The notes beneath the pieces are model-generated. The model did no database searches. It saw nothing but the letters and a program-made list of their open reading frames with translations, and had not been told where the DNA came from. Both the position numbers and the translations under genes were made by a program. Below, in pieces: positions 58,339 through 64,000 of a DNA stretch of 64,000 nt. Every line of letters starts with the position of its first letter. The stretch's first letter is position 1. The DNA lies in contig OZ252299.1 in NCBI GenBank assembly GCA_965250285.1, positions 3,168,001 through 3,232,000 of the forward strand, in the 5' to 3' direction. This stretch comes from Myxococcota bacterium. Its GTDB lineage: Bacteria; Myxococcota_A; UBA9160; UBA4427.

Positions 58339-60998
58339 GTTCCCCTGGAGCCGGCGCCGACGCCTCTGCGGCCGGCGCGGCCCCGTCGGCCGCGGCGATT
58401 CGGCGCGCGCGACGTTTTCGACTGACGCCCGACGTCCGCCCGAACGACGTCGATATCCACCTCGAGATCGACCCGAACCGCCCCACCTTCAGGGGACACG
58501 TCGCCATGGGCCTCGTGCTCGAGCGCGGCAGCCGCACGCTCACGCTGCACGCCGCCGAGCTCGAGCCGAGCCGGGCAAGGGCGCTGATCGGCGAGCGCGC
58601 CGCCGATGCCGAGATCGAGATCGATCCCTTGCGAGAGGTCATGCGACTGCGATTCGCGCGCCCCCTGCCTCGCGGCCCCGTGCGGGTCGAGATCGAGTTC
58701 GAGGGCCGCGTGCGCGACGATCTCGAAGGGCTCTACCGGGTCGAATGTGGCGGGCAGCGCTTCGCGTTCTCGCAGCTCTGCACCACGCGCGCGCGCAACT
58801 TGTTCCCGTGCTTCGACGAGCCCGGTTTCAAGGCGCGCTACGCGCTCACGGTCGCGACCCCCGCGCCGAACGACGTCGTATCGAACATGCCGGTGGCGTC
58901 GATGCGAGTCGATACAGCGGGGCACCGCACGTTCGAGTTCGAGCGCACGCCGCTGCTCTCGACCTACCTGCTGACCGTCGCGGTGGGCGAGCTCGAGCGC
59001 TCGCCCGTCGCCACGGCGGGCGAGACGCCCATCACGGTCATCACCACCCCTGGCAAGACGGCGCTGACCGATATCGCCCTCGACGTCGCGCAGCGCGCAT
59101 TGCCGGTGCTCGAGGCCTGGTTCGGCATCCCCTACCCCTACCCGAAGCTCGACCTCGTCGCCGTGCCCGACTTCTCGTTCGGCGCGATGGAGAACGCGGG
59201 CGCGGTGTTCTTTCGCGAGACGCTCCTGCTGGCCGATCCGGCAACCACGAGCTTCGACGAGCGGAAACGACTCACCGAGACCATCTGCCACGAGCTCGCC
59301 CACATGTGGTTCGGCAACCTGGTGACGATGGCCTGGTGGGACGATCTGTGGCTCAACGAGTCGTTCGCCACCTGGATGGCGTTCCACGTCGTCGACCAGA
59401 TCTGGCCCGAGTGGTCGACCTGGCAGACGTTCCAGCACCGGAAGGACGCGGCGCTCGACCTCGACGCGCTAGCGCACACCCACCCCGTCTACGTGCCCGT
59501 CGCGAGCGCCGAGGAGGCGAACGAGAACTTCGATCTGATCACCTACGAGAAGGGCGCGTCGGTGATCCGCATGCTGGCCGGCTATCTCGGCGCCGAGGCG
59601 TTTCGCGACGGCGTACGGCGCTACCTGGAAGCGAACCTCGAGGACAACGCCGTGGCCGCCGACCTGTGGTCGGCGCTCGAAACGGTCTCCGACGTCCCGG
59701 TCGCGCGCATCATGCGCGCATGGGTCGAGCGGGCCGGCCACCCCCGCGTGCGCATCGAGCGAAGCGACGCGGCGGGCGAGCCGGTGTTTCGGCTCAGCCA
59801 GACGCTGCACCAGACGGTGCCGGCGCGCCGCGCCCGGGCGACCGAGCAGCGCAGCGCCGACGAGACGCCGTGGCCCGTGCCCGTCATCGCGCGCATCGGC
59901 GACGCGCAGGGCGACGCGGTGCGCACCGAACGCCTCCTGCTCGAACCGCGCGACGCCACGCTGAGCGCGCAGAACGCAGGCTGGATCCACGGCAATGCCG
60001 GCGAGGCGGGCTTCTACCGCCCCTGGCTCGACGAGGCGCAGGAGGCGGCGCTGCGCAGCGCGACGGATCGGCTCGAGCCCGTCGAGCGCCAGGGCTTGGT
60101 CGGCCACACCTGGGCGCTCGTGCAGGCGACCGTCACCCCGGTGGCGTCGCTCCTCGCGCTCATCGAAGCGCTCGGCGACGAGCGTGATCCCGACGTGCTG
60201 AAGGCGATCGTCACCCCGGTCACGCTCCTTTCGCGCGGCCTGGTCCACGACCTGTCCCCCGACACCGCGCCAGCGTTTCGGGGCTGGGTCGAGGCGACCT
60301 TCTCGGGGGCGCTCGACGCGGTGGGCTTCGCGGACGCCGCGGCCCGCGCTCCCGTGCACGATTCGAGACGACGCGCCCGCGCCGAGCTGCTCGCGTTGGT
60401 CGGCGGTGTGGCCGAGCGCACATCCGTCGTCGAGGCCGCACCGGGCTGGGCCGCACGCGTGCTCGACGGCGACGCATCGGTCGACGCCGAGCTCACGGTG
60501 CCCTGGCTCTCGATCGCCGCCGCTCATGGCGACGCCGCGCTCTACGATCGATGCGTCGCGGCGCTCCAACATGTCCACACGCCCCAGGGCCGGCAGCGCG
60601 CGCTCTTCGCACTCACCGAGTTCACGCGGCCCGAGCTGATCGCAGAGACCCTCGACCGCTGCGCAACGGGTCGGGTATCGAGTCAGGATCTCGTCTTCGT
60701 GCTCGGCCGTTTGCTCGCGCACCCGAAGGCCCAGGCCGAGACCTGGTCGTTCATTCGTGCGCGCTGGGCCGAGATCGCCGCCCATCTGCCGGGCATGCAC
60801 GTGCCCCGCTTGATCGCGGCGACGCCGGCGCTGCGATCGAGCGCGCATCGCCGCGAGGTCAGTCGCTTCTTCAAGTCGCTCGACCTGCCGTCGACCCGAC
60901 GCGCGATCGATCAGGCGACCGAGCGATTCGAGGCCCAGGCGCGCCTGCGCGCCCATGCGGGGGCCGATCTCGAACGCTGGCTGGCCGCCCGAAGCTGA
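58335..60998 (+). CDS. M1 family aminopeptidase
   Basis: GAMEN, HELAH...NE, YEKG. Confidence 0.93.
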   Translation: MSSPGAGADASAAGAAPSAAAIRRARRFRLTPDVRPNDVDIHLEIDPNRPTFRGHVAMGLVLERGSRTLTLHAAELEPSRARALIGERAADAEIEIDPLREVMRLRFARPLPRGPVRVEIEFEGRVRDDLEGLYRVECGGQRFAFSQLCTTRARNLFPCFDEPGFKARYALTVATPAPNDVVSNMPVASMRVDTAGHRTFEFERTPLLSTYLLTVAVGELERSPVATAGETPITVITTPGKTALTDIALDVAQRALPVLEAWFGIPYPYPKLDLVAVPDFSFGAMENAGAVFFRETLLLADPATTSFDERKRLTETICHELAHMWFGNLVTMAWWDDLWLNESFATWMAFHVVDQIWPEWSTWQTFQHRKDAALDLDALAHTHPVYVPVASAEEANENFDLITYEKGASVIRMLAGYLGAEAFRDGVRRYLEANLEDNAVAADLWSALETVSDVPVARIMRAWVERAGHPRVRIERSDAAGEPVFRLSQTLHQTVPARRARATEQRSADETPWPVPVIARIGDAQGDAVRTERLLLEPRDATLSAQNAGWIHGNAGEAGFYRPWLDEAQEAALRSATDRLEPVERQGLVGHTWALVQATVTPVASLLALIEALGDERDPDVLKAIVTPVTLLSRGLVHDLSPDTAPAFRGWVEATFSGALDAVGFADAAARAPVHDSRRRARAELLALVGGVAERTSVVEAAPGWAARVLDGDASVDAELTVPWLSIAAAHGDAALYDRCVAALQHVHTPQGRQRALFALTEFTRPELIAETLDRCATGRVSSQDLVFVLGRLLAHPKAQAETWSFIRARWAEIAAHLPGMHVPRLIAATPALRSSAHRREVSRFFKSLDLPSTRRAIDQATERFEAQARLRAHAGADLERWLAARS

Positions 60999-61000
60999 CA

Positions 61001-61079
61001 CAAACCCCTGATTTCAATGCGCAAATGGAATCTTCTTTTTTTGTGATCAGCGTTTATTTTTTGCTGTTAGACTAACTGC
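61001..61079 (+). promoter_or_regulatory. AT-rich promoter with extended -10 inside a palindrome
   Basis: TGtTAGACT at 61065-61073; GTTAG-A-CTAAC at 61066-61076; no RBS before ATG 61080. Confidence 0.6.
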
Positions 61080-61733
61080 ATGGGACGCCCCGCCCTCCAG
61101 CCCGACGAGATTCACGCCTTCCGCGAGCGGCTGTGCGACGCCGCGCTCCATCTCTTTGCCGAGCATGGCTACGACGGGTTCACCCTGCGCGCGCTCGGCG
61201 ACGCGCTCGGCTGCAGTCCGGCCACGCCGTATCGCTACTTCGAGAACAAGGCCGAGATCTACGCGGCCGTCTGTGAGCGCGCGTTCGAAGCGCTGTGCCG
61301 CTTCCAGGAGGAGGCTGGGCGAGACGTGCCCGACGTCTGGGAGGGCATTCGCCGACAGGGCCGCAGCTATGTCGCCTTCACGCGCCAGAACCCCCACGCC
61401 TATCGCGTGATGTTCGACCTGCGCGACGTCGGCGAGACCCGCGCGTTGATCGGCGCGGACGGCGTCGGCTCGCAGGTGCGTCGTTCGTGGGAGCTGCTCT
61501 TCGAAGCGTTCGATCGCGCGCACCAGACCGGCGAACTCGACGGCGACCCGCAGCACCTCGCCCTCTCGTTCTGGGCCTCGATCCATGGCGTGATGTCGCT
61601 CGAGCTCGGCGGCCGCATCATCATGGGCGCGAGCGGCGACGACCTGGTCGCCGAGATCTTCGATCGCTTCGAGCGGGCCTACGGGCCCGGCGGCCGAAGC
61701 CACCCCCCTTTCCTGACCGGAGACCCGTCATGA
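61080..61733 (+). CDS. TetR family regulator (WHG-type C-terminus)
   Basis: TLRALGDALGCSPATPYRYF; FWASIHG. Confidence 0.9.
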   Translation: MGRPALQPDEIHAFRERLCDAALHLFAEHGYDGFTLRALGDALGCSPATPYRYFENKAEIYAAVCERAFEALCRFQEEAGRDVPDVWEGIRRQGRSYVAFTRQNPHAYRVMFDLRDVGETRALIGADGVGSQVRRSWELLFEAFDRAHQTGELDGDPQHLALSFWASIHGVMSLELGGRIIMGASGDDLVAEIFDRFERAYGPGGRSHPPFLTGDPS

Positions 61734-62896
61734 AGCACGACGAGCAGGTCCGACTTCTCAAGCACCTGATCCATCAGCTCGATACGGGCACGAATCTCGA
61801 TGCCGGTCACGTCGTCAAGAACCCCGCGAGCGCGTACACGTGCCCCGAACGGGCGAAGAAGGAGCGCCAGCTCTTCTTCGACGAGCAGCCGCGCATGATC
61901 GGCATGAGCGGCGACCTGCCCGAGAACGGCTCGTTCCTGACCCACGACGAGCTGGGCCTCTCGGTGCTGGCGACGCGCGACCGCGACGGGCGCTTTCGGG
62001 CTTTCCTCAACGGCTGCCGCCACCGCGGCGTGGCGATCGAGTCGGAAGAGCGCGGCAAGCGCACGCGCTTCATGTGCCCGTTCCACGCCTGGACCTACTC
62101 GAGCGAAGGCGAACTCGTGAAAGTGCCGCGACCCGAGCACTTCGGCGAGATCGACAAGAGCTGCCACGGGCTCGTCGAGCTGCCGGCCGTCGAGCGCTAC
62201 GGCGTGCTGCTCATTCACCCGAACCCGTCTGCCACGATCGATGCCGAGAAGACACTCGAGGGCCTCGGCGCCGACTTCGACAGCTGGGGCTTCGACGAGT
62301 ACGCCTACGTCGGATCCGACGCCTACGACATGCCGCTCAACTGGAAGCTCGCCGTCGACACGTTCGGCGAGACGTACCACTTCAACGCGCTCCACAAGGA
62401 CACGCTCAACCTGAGCTTCCACGGCAACGTGCAGGGTTGGGATCACTGGGAACGAAACCACCGCATGGTGCTCTGCACGCGCATGATCGACGTGATGCGT
62501 CACCAGCCCGAGAGCGAGTGGAACATCCGCGGCCCGGCGTTCCCCGTCTACTGGATGTTCCCGAACGTGCTCTTCAACATCGGCGAGCGCGTGGTCATCG
62601 TCGTGCGCGTGCTGCCGCACGAGAGCGAAGTCGGGCGCTCGACGTCGAAGCTGTCGTTCTATGCGAGCCCCAGCGTCTTCGACGAGATCAGCGGCGACGA
62701 GCTGAGCTTGCAGATCAAGCAGACCTTCTCAGACATCATCCGCGACGAGGACTACGCCGCGGCCTCGCTCTCGCAGCGCAGCGCCGAGTCGGGTCTGATC
62801 GACCACTTCGTCTTCGGCCGCAACGAGCCCACGCTCCACCACTACCACTCGACGTACAACCGCCTGCTCGGCCTGCCGCCGCTCGAGAAGATGTAG
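61730..62896 (+). CDS. Rieske non-heme iron oxygenase alpha subunit
   Basis: CRH...CPFH; NWK..D...ETYHFNALH. Confidence 0.93.
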   Translation: MKHDEQVRLLKHLIHQLDTGTNLDAGHVVKNPASAYTCPERAKKERQLFFDEQPRMIGMSGDLPENGSFLTHDELGLSVLATRDRDGRFRAFLNGCRHRGVAIESEERGKRTRFMCPFHAWTYSSEGELVKVPRPEHFGEIDKSCHGLVELPAVERYGVLLIHPNPSATIDAEKTLEGLGADFDSWGFDEYAYVGSDAYDMPLNWKLAVDTFGETYHFNALHKDTLNLSFHGNVQGWDHWERNHRMVLCTRMIDVMRHQPESEWNIRGPAFPVYWMFPNVLFNIGERVVIVVRVLPHESEVGRSTSKLSFYASPSVFDEISGDELSLQIKQTFSDIIRDEDYAAASLSQRSAESGLIDHFVFGRNEPTLHHYHSTYNRLLGLPPLEKM

Positions 62897-62953
62897 GCCC
62901 GCGAGCGACCCGATCGTGGTCTAGTCTCCTCGAAACGACGAGGAGACCCCGCC

Positions 62954-63787
62954 ATGGCCGCGAGCGACGAACGCAAGTCCATCTTCATCACCGGCGCCGC
63001 GAGCGGGATCGGGCTCGCGACGGCCCGGCTCTTCGCCCACGAGGGTTGGCGCGTCGGCGGCTTCGACGTCGACGCCGCCGGGCTCGAGAAGCTCGAGGCC
63101 GAGATCGCACCGGGCGGCGGCGTCACCGGCCGACTGGACGTCACCGACAAGGCGGCGTTCGACGCCGCCATCGCCCGCTTCGGCGAGGTCACCGGCGGAC
63201 GGCTCGATCTCTTTCACAACAACGCAGGCATCGCCGAGTCGGGCTGGTTCGACGACGTGCCCCATGACCTCGTTCGACGATTGATCGAGGTCAACTTCGT
63301 CGGGGTGGTCAACGGGGTGTACGCGGCTCTTCCGCTGCTCAAGCAGACCGAGGGCTCGCTCTGCTTCAACACCTCGTCGTCGTCGGCGATCTTCGGCATG
63401 CCGCGACTCGCCGTCTATTCGGCGACCAAGTTCGGCGTGAAGGGGCTCACCGAGGCGCTGAGCGTCGAGTTCGAGCGCTACGGGGTGCGCGTCGTCGACG
63501 TCTTGCCGGGTCTCATCGATACGCCTCTGCTCGACGCGACGGCGAACCACTCGGGCGCGCCCGACGAGGCGATCCTGGCCCGCGAGAACATGGGCACCGA
63601 GGGCCCGTTTCGTCTGATCTCGGCCGACGAGGTCGCGCGCTCGGTCTGGGATGCGTACCACGACCAGACCGGCCGGCTGCACTGGTACGTGCCCCCCGAG
63701 CTCGAGCAGATCGAGACCGCCAAGGGCCAGGACGTGCTCGCGATTCGGTCGATGCTCAAGGCCCAGATCGAGGCCACGCTCGGCTGA
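62954..63787 (+). CDS. SDR oxidoreductase
   Basis: TGAASGIG, NNAG, YSATK. Confidence 0.92.
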   Translation: MAASDERKSIFITGAASGIGLATARLFAHEGWRVGGFDVDAAGLEKLEAEIAPGGGVTGRLDVTDKAAFDAAIARFGEVTGGRLDLFHNNAGIAESGWFDDVPHDLVRRLIEVNFVGVVNGVYAALPLLKQTEGSLCFNTSSSSAIFGMPRLAVYSATKFGVKGLTEALSVEFERYGVRVVDVLPGLIDTPLLDATANHSGAPDEAILARENMGTEGPFRLISADEVARSVWDAYHDQTGRLHWYVPPELEQIETAKGQDVLAIRSMLKAQIEATLG

Positions 63788-63936
63788 GGCACGCCGCCTG
63801 CCACACCGGCATCCGAGGGGGACGCCGAACGAGACGCCTGCGTGATCGATTCTGTGTAGGCTCTCGATCGAAGCGCAGCGGCGTATCCTCCCATGGAACG
63901 CGCCCGCCCCCCTCTTGCCCCGCACTGGAGACCCCG

Positions 63937-64000
63937 ATGACTTCGACTGCCCCCCGCACCACCGAAGGCCGCGGCCGACGCTACGACAGCGTGATGGACA
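63937..64000 (+). CDS. Gene start, possibly cysteine synthase (partial)
   Basis: GGAG RBS then MTSTAPRTTEGRGRRYDSVMD, resembling CysK-type N-termini; only 21 codons visible. Confidence 0.4.
   Translation, partial: MTSTAPRTTEGRGRRYDSVMD

Overview
This is a GC-rich bacterial chromosome segment, probably from a Gram-negative Myxococcota-like organism (inferred from gene content). The flanks (1-17 kb and 42-64 kb) carry ordinary lipid, aromatic and housekeeping genes: SDRs, a CYP153-like P450, a crotonase, an SCP2-type thiolase, nadB, pgsA, plsB, an M1 peptidase and a Rieske oxygenase. Three things stand out. (1) tRNA-Gly(GCC) at 41892-41967 (-) is followed by ~216-bp repeat units. Each unit is a tRNA 3' half with an 80-nt structured insert, including a 17-bp hairpin whose sequence differs between copies while its pairing is fully kept. 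About 22 kb of cargo sits inside this array, one junction falls exactly at the anticodon-loop heptamer, and no integrase is visible. (2) The cargo looks like a self-provisioning aromatic-acid decarboxylation system: UbiX, two different UbiD enzymes plus a D subunit, a VOC/archaeal-type riboflavin kinase fusion, IDI, two tautomerase-fold proteins, a cofactor-free phenolic acid decarboxylase and a porin. It also has two MalT-like regulators, and three cargo promoters share one box. (3) An AhpD-like gene is split by an in-frame UGA in a CxxU motif followed by a SECIS-like hairpin, so it is probably a selenoprotein. All calls come from reading motifs by eye; no database searches were run.
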